Source of the DNA: Planctomycetota bacterium
GTDB taxonomy: Bacteria > Planctomycetota > Uabimicrobiia > Uabimicrobiales > JABWCH01
DNA: 64,000 nt
Assembly (NCBI GenBank): GCA_020057085.1
Contig: JAGVGO010000238.1
Coordinates: 1,361 to 65,360 of the forward strand
Reading direction: 5' to 3'
Position 1 is the first letter of the stretch. Every line of letters begins with the position of its first letter. Positions 35,287 to 44,118 of this stretch are shown piece by piece. A program made the translations under genes and the position numbers. A model generated the notes under the pieces. That model was given only the letters and a program-made list of their open reading frames with translations, searched no databases and was not told the origin of the DNA.

Positions 35287-36426
35287 TTATTTTCTGGCGA
35301 GGACCGTAGCGGCACCCTGCCCTCCGCCTACGCACAAAGTGGCCAGAGCATGGTTGCCGTTCACTTTCTCCAGGGCAGTGATGGCTGTGCCGACGATACG
35401 CACGCCCGACATGCCGAGCGGATGGCCCAGAGCGATGGCGCCACCCAGGATGTTCACTTTGTCGGGAGGGAAGCCGCCTTGGCGAATCACGTAGAGCGAC
35501 TGCGCGGCAAACGCTTCATTCAGTTCAATGACATCCATCTGATGCAGGGTGAGCCTGGCGCGCTCCAGTGCCTTTTTCGATGCAGGGAGTGGCCCCATGC
35601 CCATGTGTGTATAGTCGCAGCCGGTCACGGCGGTGCTGAGGATGCGGGCACGCGGTTCGATGCCAAGACTCTTGGCCTTGTCTTGGGTCATCACCAGCAT
35701 GGCGGCAGTGCCGGTAGATACCGGTGAAGCGGTGGCAGCGGTGATGGTGCCATGTGCATCGAAAGCAAGAGGCAGACTCTTCATCTTGTCTACTTCCGGC
35801 GCACGCGGACACTCGTCGCGCATGCACTTGCCACCCTTAGGCAGATCAATCGGCACGACCTCACGGGCGAATGTGCCGCTTTCCCATGCAGCCAAAGCCT
35901 TGCGGTGGCTATCGGCGGCAAATTTTTCCTGATCTTCACGCGAGATGCCCAGCTCTTTGGCCAGATTCTCGGCAGTCAGCCCCATACTCATGTAGAAATT
36001 CTTTTCCTTCAGTTCCGGATCAAAGAAAGGGTTGAATCCACCCATGGGGATGCGAGTCATGTGCTCAAGGCCGACTACAATGCCAATTTCGCCTTTACCG
36101 CAGCTGAGCGCGTCGGCTACGATCATGAGCGCCTGCTGCGACGAGGCGCAGAACTGGTTGACGGTAATGCCGGCAACACTGACCGGGAGGCCGGCTTTGA
36201 TCACCAGGCAACGGCCGATATTGAAGCCTGCTTCGGCCTCAGGGAAAGCACAACCGGCCACCAGCATCTCGATATCCTGTTGCGGCACCTTTGCATTGCG
36301 GGCCAGCAACTGACGCACTACCTGCGCCGAAATGTCTAATGGAGTAACGGCATTGAGCGCCCCATCCTTAGCCTTGGATATGGGGGAGCGGGCAAAATCC
36401 ACAATCACCACATTCTTCAGTTCCAT
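35287..36426 (-). CDS. Acetyl-CoA C-acyltransferase (thiolase)
   Basis: 379-aa ORF. Active-site Cys context VNQFCASSQQA, NEAFAAQ, GGAIALGHPLGMSG, CVGGGQG. RBS AAGGAG upstream. Confidence 0.9.
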   Translation of the reverse strand: MELKNVVIVDFARSPISKAKDGALNAVTPLDISAQVVRQLLARNAKVPQQDIEMLVAGCAFPEAEAGFNIGRCLVIKAGLPVSVAGITVNQFCASSQQALMIVADALSCGKGEIGIVVGLEHMTRIPMGGFNPFFDPELKEKNFYMSMGLTAENLAKELGISREDQEKFAADSHRKALAAWESGTFAREVVPIDLPKGGKCMRDECPRAPEVDKMKSLPLAFDAHGTITAATASPVSTGTAAMLVMTQDKAKSLGIEPRARILSTAVTGCDYTHMGMGPLPASKKALERARLTLHQMDVIELNEAFAAQSLYVIRQGGFPPDKVNILGGAIALGHPLGMSGVRIVGTAITALEKVNGNHALATLCVGGGQGAATVLARK

Positions 36427-36446
36427 GACGATTTCTCCTTATTTTT

Positions 36447-38285
36447 TTACAGCGACAAAATTTTAAGGCCTTTTTCTACCACCGTCCTGCCGATTTCGCG
36501 TTTGAGACGCATCGGGTTGTGATTGCTTTTCATGAACGAACACAGCCAGGTCAGTTTGCCATAACCGGCTGCTTTCGGCTTGCCTTCGTAAATTTCGGCC
36601 ATAAGCTGCCAGGCCAATGTCTGCGTAGTAGCGAGCGCCTGGGCCAGGCAAAGCTCTGCCATAGCTTTGGCGATCTTCGCTTCGCTGTGTTCTTTTTCGA
36701 TCAACGTGTATGCTCTGGCAATTGCCGAGTCGGCAGCGTACAAGGGCAGAATCATATCGGAGATATGTCGCATTACCTGTTGGTTGTTCTTGATATCTTT
36801 ACCAAACCGCATGATAGTTTCGTTGACAAGGAAATTCAACAGATATTTGCCGGCGTAGAGGCTCTTTCGTTCCTCATGCAGAATGGGAGAGTTGTCAGGG
36901 AAAGAGAAGATGCCTTTGCGCCAGCTCGCGTCCACTTCTTCTGAGAAGGCTGCAAACGGAATGTTCTGATTGTAGATGCTGCGCACCAGAAAATCGAAGA
37001 TGACCAGGCGGTTGATATCGTTGGTGCCTTCGTAGATCATATTGATAACACTGTCGCGTAGCGCCTGTTCCACATGGTAGTCAGATATGTAGCCATAGCC
37101 GCCGTGCATCTTGACGGCATCGCTGGAGATTTGGAACACCATCTCCGAACCTTCCACCTTGGCTACGGAAGCTTCCATCGCATGTGAACGGATTACTTTC
37201 ACCATGTTGTCCCAGTACTGGTCATCCTTGGGCAGCATGGCAATCTTATCGTCTATGGCATGGATGATGCGATAGAGTATTGAATCAACGGCAAACAGCC
37301 GGGTCACCATTTCTGCCAAACGTCCGGTTTGCATGTCGAATTCGCAGATCGGTCGGCCAAACTGTTTGCGCTGTTTGGTGTACTCAAGCGTGTGCTGGAT
37401 AACCTTGCGTGTCGCACCGATGCAGGCAAAGCCGAGTTCGAGACGGCCCATATTGAGGATATTGAGCGCAATGGTGGCGGCATCACCGGCCTTACCGAGC
37501 AAATTCTTTCTGGGCACCTTGACGTTGTCGAACATGAGGGCGGTCGTGGACGAGCCCTGGATGCCCATTTTCTCTTCTTCGAGCCCACGCGACACACCCG
37601 GTGAATTTAGTTCGACGATGAGCGCCGAATATTGGTCGTCTATGCGGGCAAACACGATGGCCAGGTCGGCCCAGTCGCCGTTGCTGATGAATTGTTTGTT
37701 GCCGTTGAGCGTATAAAAGTCGCCGTCGAGTACCGCCGTAGTTTTGCCGCTCAAGGCATCCGAGCCGCTTCCCGCCTCGGTGAGGGCATAACACGCCACC
37801 CATTCCGCCGACACCAGCTTGGGCAGGTATTGCGCTTTTTGCTCCGGCGTACCGAAGAACAGGATAGGCAGCGCACCGATGCCCATCTGCACTATTGCCG
37901 TCGTGGTAAAACTGCCACCTGCGGGACCCAGGTTTTCTGCCACGTGCATGGTGGTGGTGAGGTCCATGCCAAGGCCGCCGTAGGTTTCCGGCACGTCAAC
38001 ACCCAGTGCCCCAAGGTTGCCAAGCTCTTTCAATAGTTTGACGCACAGAGGCATACCGTCAATTTCCACTTGCTTGTATTCGATTTCTTTTTTTTTGGTG
38101 AGCACTTTGCTCTCGATAAAATTTTTGACCATTTTGCCCATTTCGAGCTGTTCGGCATTCAACTGTTCGCGGGTAAATATCTTGCCTGTCGGGGTAGGAC
38201 ATAGTAGAAACCCGCCGTTGCCGGTCAAGTACAGATCATCTTTACCAGAGCCGGAAATGGTCACTCCCTGGGAGATCGGTTCCAT
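36447..38285 (-). CDS. Long-form acyl-CoA dehydrogenase
   Basis: 612-aa ORF. YALTEAGSGSDA, FISNG and MHGGYGY motifs of ACADs, plus an extra helical C-terminal domain. RBS AAGGAG upstream. Confidence 0.85.
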   Translation of the reverse strand: MEPISQGVTISGSGKDDLYLTGNGGFLLCPTPTGKIFTREQLNAEQLEMGKMVKNFIESKVLTKKKEIEYKQVEIDGMPLCVKLLKELGNLGALGVDVPETYGGLGMDLTTTMHVAENLGPAGGSFTTTAIVQMGIGALPILFFGTPEQKAQYLPKLVSAEWVACYALTEAGSGSDALSGKTTAVLDGDFYTLNGNKQFISNGDWADLAIVFARIDDQYSALIVELNSPGVSRGLEEEKMGIQGSSTTALMFDNVKVPRKNLLGKAGDAATIALNILNMGRLELGFACIGATRKVIQHTLEYTKQRKQFGRPICEFDMQTGRLAEMVTRLFAVDSILYRIIHAIDDKIAMLPKDDQYWDNMVKVIRSHAMEASVAKVEGSEMVFQISSDAVKMHGGYGYISDYHVEQALRDSVINMIYEGTNDINRLVIFDFLVRSIYNQNIPFAAFSEEVDASWRKGIFSFPDNSPILHEERKSLYAGKYLLNFLVNETIMRFGKDIKNNQQVMRHISDMILPLYAADSAIARAYTLIEKEHSEAKIAKAMAELCLAQALATTQTLAWQLMAEIYEGKPKAAGYGKLTWLCSFMKSNHNPMRLKREIGRTVVEKGLKILSL

Positions 38286-38425
38286 GTCGTTCTCCTTATG
38301 AAAAACAAGTTATAATGCACTGCGTTATAATCATAATCAAAAAAAACACAAAATGCCAGCAATTTTTTATTTTTTTGAAAAAAACCGTCACCCAGTGCGG
38401 ATTTCTTCCCCTCCCGCAAATTCTC

Positions 38426-38454
38426 TTGCATGACCGCAAACACCCATGTAAAAT
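38426..38454 (+). promoter_or_regulatory. Sigma70-like promoter candidate for the HEAT lipoprotein gene
   Basis: TTGCAT (38426-38431), a 17-nt spacer, then TAAAAT (38449-38454), about 125 nt upstream of the ATG at 38579. Confidence 0.45.
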
Positions 38455-38578
38455 CATAATACAGCGTCAATTTATAGATTTGCACGTCTCCAATGCTTCT
38501 TTTTGATCTTCATGATCGAAAGTACACATCCAACGATGCGACAATGGCAATGTCAAATTAGAAAGGCGGAAAACAGTT

Positions 38579-38989
38579 ATGGGCAGAAATAAGCGACTAA
38601 AGCGTAGCGCGTTGTGTGTCTGGTGTCTTTTTGGGGTGTTATTCGTAGCCTGTGCCAGCACAGGCAGGCAACAACAAGATGCGTCGCCGGCATTGCTGCA
38701 AGGGCTACGTAGCGACGAGGAGAGCAAACGAGGGGAGGCTGTGGACGCCTTGATCGGCATGGGTGAAGAGGCTCTGCCTACGCTCATCGCAGCTCTTGGA
38801 GACGAGAAGACAAGTGTACGTGAAATAGCCGCCTATCTAATTGGCAGCCTTGGCAGCAAAGGGGCACCGGCCGTGCCAGCGTTGAAAAAGGCGCTGGAAG
38901 ATTCTGACTGGTCGGTGCGACTCAATGCCGAGCGTTCGCTTCGCATCATTGATCCGGATTGTCCCTGTAAGGCCAAACCAAGGCGATAG
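38579..38989 (+). CDS. HEAT-repeat lipoprotein
   Basis: 136-aa ORF. Signal peptide with lipobox LFVAC. PBS-lyase/HEAT-like repeats EAVDALIGMGEEALPTLIAALGDEKTSVREIAAYLIGSLG...AVPALKKALEDSDWSVRLNAERSL. Confidence 0.75.
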   Translation: MGRNKRLKRSALCVWCLFGVLFVACASTGRQQQDASPALLQGLRSDEESKRGEAVDALIGMGEEALPTLIAALGDEKTSVREIAAYLIGSLGSKGAPAVPALKKALEDSDWSVRLNAERSLRIIDPDCPCKAKPRR

Positions 38990-39108
38990 GCTGCGTGCCG
39001 AAAGAAAGACAGTAGCTTGTCAGAAATTGCTTGACTTTTCTGCTATATAGTAGGAGCATGACTATAGACCTCCGTATCTGGGAAATTTTTTGTAAAGGAG
39101 TTAATGGT

Positions 39109-40959
39109 ATGGAACGCTTTCACCTTCTTTCTTCATTGTCTTTTACCCCACATGCCAGGAAACTGTTTTTGGACTACTTTGCCCGACTCGAAACCCACAA
39201 GTCCCAAGCGACGAAAGATTGGCAGGCTGTGCTTGGCCATCTGGAAGATGTGGTTTACGCTTCACTACAGAGAAAAGTTCAGGAAATGAAGATGCCGCAA
39301 GAGCCGGTCAATGCGGAAACCATGCTGGATGTTCTCAGCGAATTGGGAGAACCGGAAGTTTTCCTGAAGGCGGTGGCCGACCAGGGAGGGACGACGCCGG
39401 CCGCCGCCGCCAAGTTCAGGCGGCTTTACCGAACAAAAGACGACAAGCTCATTGCCGGAGTTTGCGGCGGGCTTGGCGAATATTTCCGCATCGATCCGAT
39501 CCTGCTGCGCATTTTGTTCGTTGCCCTCACCTTTGCCGGCGGCTGGACCGTTCTCCTCTATGTTGCCCTTTGGGTGATGCTGCCGCTAAAGCCACAACCC
39601 GTTCTATCCGGCAAAGAAGCGGCTTCGGCCAAAGAACAGCAAGCGCGGCCTGTTGCTTTGCTCAGACGCATCGCGTTCTGGGGTATCAGCATAGGCCTGT
39701 TTGCGCTCGTGTATATCCCACTCTTGCTCATCCTGGCAGCCGTATCCACCACGAGTGCCGTGGCAATCTTTACGCCTGTCGTCGGGGACGATGCTTTTTC
39801 CATTGCGCTGTCGCAGTTGGGTTTTCCTGGAATGGTCGCCGGCGGTGCCGTATCCCTCTTGTTCTTTTCCCTGTTTTTGCTGGTGTTAGCGTTTGTCAGC
39901 AGGCTACACTGCAAAAAGAACCTTTGGGGCAAAAATTTGCAAGCCATCCTGGTCGTACTGGTCATCATGAGTATTTTCAGCATCCTGGTGTCGGGCGGTA
40001 TCCTTATCAACGAAAACAAGGCAGAAGCCACCCTAACCGCCAGCAAAGAATTTTCCGTGCCACAAGACACGCCTGTGTTTAGGTTCGACAAGGAAAAACT
40101 GGCTATCAGCGATATTCCCATAAAAACATTCACTATCCAGGGGCAACAGAATGCCAAACAGATTACCGTCCAGACCATTCTCAAAGCTCGTGGCAATAAC
40201 ATCAATCTGGCCACCGGCTATGCCACGGAGGTGCAAACCATATGGCCCGAAAAAGATGGCGGCTATCTGCCACGATTCGAGAAAAAAGACAAGGCTTTTC
40301 GCTTTGAAACTGCCGAACTCGTAGTCATCGTACCTGCAACCATGAGTCTGGAACTAAATGGCACTCCATCTCGTCATACCCAACTGGAAGGTAACCTCGG
40401 CGAGAGCGTCTTCGTAGAAAACCGGCATGGGGGCCTGTTCCTGCAAAATCTGCAAACAAAGATGATGCAGATAAAGAACGAAAAAGGATTTGTGGAAGGC
40501 AACAAACTTTCTTGCGCAGTGCTAAAACTTGCCAACAAATTTGGTAGCACCCGCCTGACCGCGCTACAAAGTCAACAGCTTGAGATTACCAACAGCCAGG
40601 GCAGCGTCACCATGCAAGATGTGACAGGAAGCCTCAATGTCAGCAATGAGCAAGGCAGGGTCAAACTAAAAATCCGCGACTACCAGGCAGGCGTAGAAAA
40701 CAAGATCGCCAACAAGCAGGGCGCCATGTTACTCTATTTCGTCAAAGACAAAATTCCGACATGCAAAATCAGCAATGTACACGGCCATGTTACGGATCTA
40801 TTGCCGCAGGGCGTGCCACTGCAGGAAACGCTCTTTACCATCCAGCTCCACAGCGGTCGCTTGCGTCTGGCCGTATGGAATCCCGACCGTCCGGACGGTG
40901 ACAACGTCAACCATGAAAATGGCGAACACGAAGAGCATGAACGGCAGCAGGAAGAATAA
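39109..40959 (+). CDS. HAAS(DUF1700-like)-PspC-domain membrane protein with DUF4097-like beta-repeat C-terminus (envelope-stress type)
   Basis: Start moved to the ATG at 39109 (MERFHLL), 8 nt after AAGGAG. PspC motif KLIAGVCGGLGEYFRIDPILLRILFVAL. Several TM helices. The C-terminal repetitive beta region (LEITNSQGSVTMQDVTGSLNVSNEQGRVKLKI) resembles LiaG/DUF4097 proteins. Confidence 0.75.
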   Translation: MERFHLLSSLSFTPHARKLFLDYFARLETHKSQATKDWQAVLGHLEDVVYASLQRKVQEMKMPQEPVNAETMLDVLSELGEPEVFLKAVADQGGTTPAAAAKFRRLYRTKDDKLIAGVCGGLGEYFRIDPILLRILFVALTFAGGWTVLLYVALWVMLPLKPQPVLSGKEAASAKEQQARPVALLRRIAFWGISIGLFALVYIPLLLILAAVSTTSAVAIFTPVVGDDAFSIALSQLGFPGMVAGGAVSLLFFSLFLLVLAFVSRLHCKKNLWGKNLQAILVVLVIMSIFSILVSGGILINENKAEATLTASKEFSVPQDTPVFRFDKEKLAISDIPIKTFTIQGQQNAKQITVQTILKARGNNINLATGYATEVQTIWPEKDGGYLPRFEKKDKAFRFETAELVVIVPATMSLELNGTPSRHTQLEGNLGESVFVENRHGGLFLQNLQTKMMQIKNEKGFVEGNKLSCAVLKLANKFGSTRLTALQSQQLEITNSQGSVTMQDVTGSLNVSNEQGRVKLKIRDYQAGVENKIANKQGAMLLYFVKDKIPTCKISNVHGHVTDLLPQGVPLQETLFTIQLHSGRLRLAVWNPDRPDGDNVNHENGEHEEHERQQEE

Positions 40960-41176
40960 GTATCGGCCCGATAATCACCTGTTCACGCCCCCAACCTGTA
41001 GTGATATTGGCCACCGCCTGATCGCGGCGCTCCTTGCGTTCAGCTAGCAACGAATTGATGAGGTAGAGAGGAACCAATAGCAATAACACCAACAGCCCGA
41101 TGGTTGTCATCTTGGACAGTGTCACGTTGTTGGCTGACACAAACTGAAGCACATCGTTTTTCGTGTTGTTTTCCAT
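40907..41176 (-). pseudogene. N-terminal fragment of a CreD-family inner-membrane protein
   Basis: The 89-aa ORF contains MTTIGLLVLLLLVPLYLINSLLAERKERRDQAVANITTGWGREQVIIGPILILP. This matches the CreD N-terminal pattern (TM helix, ER, WG..Q...GP). Full-length CreD is about 450 aa. Similarity stops near 40950, where the ORF runs into the 3' end of the convergent gene. Confidence 0.5.
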
Positions 41177-41204
41177 AAACCACGCCCTCCAAGCGATGCA
41201 ATTG

Positions 41205-42923
41205 CTAGATTTTCACGCCCATGGCCGCCAAAATCGAAAATATCACGGCCACTATAGCCTCGCCAGCGATGAAGCCGGAAGCCAGCGGAATGCGATGCTT
41301 CGCTTCTGCTGTGGCGGCCTTTTTGGCCCAGATGGCTTGCGCGGCGCCGCCCAAAATGAAAGGCATGAGAACATCGGCGGGAATGAGCATACCGATTCCC
41401 AGAGCAGCCGATGAGGGTACGACCTCGCCAAATTTTTCAGCCAGCAACGTGAGCAAAATACCGAGGCTGACGCCGACCAGCAACCCGATGAGGCAGCCCG
41501 GCGGCAAAGCGTCAAGACCGCGCGTGAGGAGTTCGGCAAAACCGGCCCATTTGACGCTGATGGGCGATGACAAACCATTGTCGCCAATGCCGTATTTGGC
41601 CCGCAGAATCGGGTAGATGATGGCGGTAGCGGCAGCGCCGACGGGTGCAGCCAGGAGTTGCACATAGGTGAGGGTGCGGTTGTTCGAGCCTAACATCTTG
41701 CCGGTTTTGAAGGTTTGCATGAGCGCCTCCGACTGCACGGCGATAGTACCGGTTAGCCCGCTCGACGCCATGTTGATAGGCACGTGGCCCGGCGAGATCA
41801 CGGCAAAGATGGCCTGCATCATGTTGGACATGGCGCTGATCGGACCCCAGTTGGTTTCACCCAGCACGCGCAGGCCGACCAGCATCAACGGCAGCGACAG
41901 GATGATGGCGATAAAGGTCACCCAGTAGGGAATGTCGAGTATCTGTTTCTGGACGAAGCACAAGAGGACAGCCAACAACACAGAGCCGACCGCCACCCAG
42001 CTCATCGGGAATTCGCGATCGCTCACTGCCGTCCCATGTAGTGTGCTGAAGGTCTTGACGATGAGTCGCCATTTGAGGCATAGCGACATCAGCCCGCCTG
42101 CCACCATGAGCCCCGTGGCTGGCCACATTACCCAGCGCAAGGTTTCTTTGAAGTTTTGCACGGGGATCATGCCATGCGAAACAAGGTAGGTCGGCAGGAT
42201 AAACCAGCTGATCACCATGCCAATGGCCATAGCCAGACAAATCCGCCAGCCGACGAGCAGTCCCGAACCAAACGACAAGAGGCTCCAGTTGAAACCGATA
42301 CGCATCATCTGGGTGCCCGCGCTGAAGTAAAAGATTTCCGCAAACGGCTTGAGAATGCTGAGTACCGCAAGCAATGCTCCCGAAGCCAGAGCGCCCAGCC
42401 CCAGAGTGGCGGTTGGCCCGCCGAAACCCTTTTCGGTGCTCGCGTGTAAAGCGATGATTGTTTCGGCGGACGCCACGCCATCCGCATAGGTAAGGTTTTC
42501 CTGGTCGATGTAGTGATGCCGCATGGGCACGGCCAGGAGTACGCCGAGCAAACTGGCGCTGCACAGCCAGAAAAAAATCTGCCATTCACTGAGGAGGATC
42601 GGTTTGCCAAAGACACCTTTCTGATTGAGCATGTCAAAGGCGGCCAGGAGGACACACATGAAAGCGGTCTGGCCGGCGCTCGTGCCCATAGCCTGAATGA
42701 TGTTGGTTTCACGCGGGTTGGCGTCCGTCGCTCGCAGTATCAGCACCAGGGCGATAAAACCGAAAAAGGCGGAAACGACCGAAATGTTGGGGCCAAAGCC
42801 GAGCTTCAATACGACATAGGGATAGGCCATGCCAATGACTGTGGCCACGACCATACCGATGCACGCGGCACGCCAGGTAAGCTCTGGCCCGCCTGGCATC
42901 TGGGGAGTTTGATCTTGGTGCAT
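41205..42923 (-). CDS. OPT-superfamily oligopeptide transporter
   Basis: Start moved to the ATG at 42923 (MHQDQTPQ), preceded by AAGGAGG. Polytopic protein of about 572 aa with the glycine-rich helices typical of bacterial OPT transporters. Confidence 0.8.
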   Translation of the reverse strand: MHQDQTPQMPGGPELTWRAACIGMVVATVIGMAYPYVVLKLGFGPNISVVSAFFGFIALVLILRATDANPRETNIIQAMGTSAGQTAFMCVLLAAFDMLNQKGVFGKPILLSEWQIFFWLCSASLLGVLLAVPMRHHYIDQENLTYADGVASAETIIALHASTEKGFGGPTATLGLGALASGALLAVLSILKPFAEIFYFSAGTQMMRIGFNWSLLSFGSGLLVGWRICLAMAIGMVISWFILPTYLVSHGMIPVQNFKETLRWVMWPATGLMVAGGLMSLCLKWRLIVKTFSTLHGTAVSDREFPMSWVAVGSVLLAVLLCFVQKQILDIPYWVTFIAIILSLPLMLVGLRVLGETNWGPISAMSNMMQAIFAVISPGHVPINMASSGLTGTIAVQSEALMQTFKTGKMLGSNNRTLTYVQLLAAPVGAAATAIIYPILRAKYGIGDNGLSSPISVKWAGFAELLTRGLDALPPGCLIGLLVGVSLGILLTLLAEKFGEVVPSSAALGIGMLIPADVLMPFILGGAAQAIWAKKAATAEAKHRIPLASGFIAGEAIVAVIFSILAAMGVKI

Positions 42924-42987
42924 GGAAAGAACCTCCTTCTTTTCTAAAATTATGCTTGGTCGCAGATGAAACTTTACGGGTCGCGCT

Positions 42988-43075
42988 GATACCCTCTGTC
43001 CCTCACTCCGTTCGGGACGAGGGCGAGACCAGCCCTCTTGTACTCGTGTCCCGCTTGTCGGGACACAGAGTATCC
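42988..43075 (-). other. Structured intergenic element: three adjacent hairpins closed by a long-range helix
   Basis: Plus-strand coordinates. Closing helix 42988-42999 with 43066-43075. Hairpin GTCCC...GGGAC at 42998-43018. Hairpin GAGGGC-7nt-GCCCTC at 43019-43037. Hairpin GTGTCCCG-5nt-CGGGACAC at 43047-43067. The element lies 65 nt upstream of the OPT start and about 150 nt downstream of the NYN gene stop. The strand is assigned by context only. Confidence 0.4.
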
Positions 43076-43223
43076 GCAATGCGGCGCAGGGCGTGTGCGT
43101 GTTAGACGATTGTTTACTTTGGAAAGTATGCCTAAGTATGTGCGTCTTGACTATTTATCTACGCTCATCGCTGTGCTTCAGGCTAGTATCACGCTCCCAT
43201 CCGCACGGGGCGACTGGCTTGTC

Positions 43224-44099
43224 TCATTGTCGCTGAGTGCGCCTGCGCCGGTCGCGCACATAGATGAGTTTACCTGGCGAATGGCGCATACTGTGCTCTT
43301 CCGTGTCGAACAACTGGATCTCCTTGATCAGATCGAGGAGCTTCTTGTAACCGTAGTTGCGTGGATCGAACTCCGGCGACTGGTTGGCGATGTGCTGGCC
43401 GACATGGCCGAGGTAAGCCCATCCGCTCTCGTCGGTCGATGCCTCGACCGCCTTGCGCAGCAAGTTTGCCACACGGGTATCTGTTTTCAATTCGTACGGA
43501 TGGCGGCGGCGCTGAGTTTCTTCCTCGTCGTCCTCATCTTCTTTACGCAAAATTTCGGTATAGATAAACTTGTCGCAGGCACCGACAAACGCCTTGGGTG
43601 TTTTCTTTTCACCGAAGCCATAGACCAACATCCCCGCTTCTCGCAGGCGTGAAGCGAGGCGTGTAAAATCGCTGTCGCTCGATACCAGACAAAAACCCTC
43701 TACTTTGCTGGCGTAAAGCAAATCCATGGCATCAATGATCATGGCGCTGTCGGTGGCGTTCTTGCCTACGGTGTAACGGAATTGCTGGATCGGTTGGATC
43801 GAGTGTTCGAGGAGTACTTCTTTCCAGCCCTTGAGGTTTGGGTTGGTCCAGTCACCATAGATGCGTTTTACACTTGCCAGTCCATACTTGGCAATCTCGG
43901 CGAGCAGGTCGTCGATTATTGCCGACGGTGCGTTGTCGGCATCAATCAAGACCGCCAGCTTGGTCGTGCTGATCTCTTTGAATTTAAGCCCTGTTGACTC
44001 AGGTTCCATACGTTCATTACGGTCATTGATACGGTCATTGATACGGTCATTGATTTTTTTATCGTTCATCTCTTGCTTTCTCATAACCATCTTGGCCAT
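43224..44099 (-). CDS. NYN-domain (LabA/limkain-like) protein with C-terminal OST-HTH/LOTUS domain
   Basis: 291-aa ORF. NYN core LAVLIDADNAP...VKRIYGDWTNP...GKNATDSAMIIDAMDLLY...FCLVSSDSDFTRLASRLREAG. The C-terminal GWAYLGHVGQHIANQSPEFDPRNYGYKKLLDLIKE fits OST-HTH. Confidence 0.8.
   Translation of the reverse strand: MAKMVMRKQEMNDKKINDRINDRINDRNERMEPESTGLKFKEISTTKLAVLIDADNAPSAIIDDLLAEIAKYGLASVKRIYGDWTNPNLKGWKEVLLEHSIQPIQQFRYTVGKNATDSAMIIDAMDLLYASKVEGFCLVSSDSDFTRLASRLREAGMLVYGFGEKKTPKAFVGACDKFIYTEILRKEDEDDEEETQRRRHPYELKTDTRVANLLRKAVEASTDESGWAYLGHVGQHIANQSPEFDPRNYGYKKLLDLIKEIQLFDTEEHSMRHSPGKLIYVRDRRRRTQRQ
44019..44054. repeat. In-frame 12-bp tandem repeat x3 (ACGGTCATTGAT) inside the NYN gene 5' end
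   Basis: Three perfect copies at 44019-44030, 44031-44042 and 44043-44054, with a degenerate copy just upstream. They encode (INDR)x3 near the N-terminus. Confidence 0.9.
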
Positions 44100-44118
44100 C
44101 CTTCTCCCAATAATGATT

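Noticed and set aside
42988-43075. Cloverleaf-like element considered as a tRNA
   Set aside because: Stem and loop sizes do not fit a tRNA. There is no 7-bp acceptor stem plus 4-bp D-arm geometry, no T-loop TTCRA, and the 7-nt loop lacks U33. It is kept only as an unclassified structured element.
42924-43079. 52-codon N-terminal extension of the OPT transporter ORF
   Set aside because: The internal ATG at 42923 has a strong AAGGAGG RBS. The extension is Arg/Pro-rich and overlaps the structured intergenic element.
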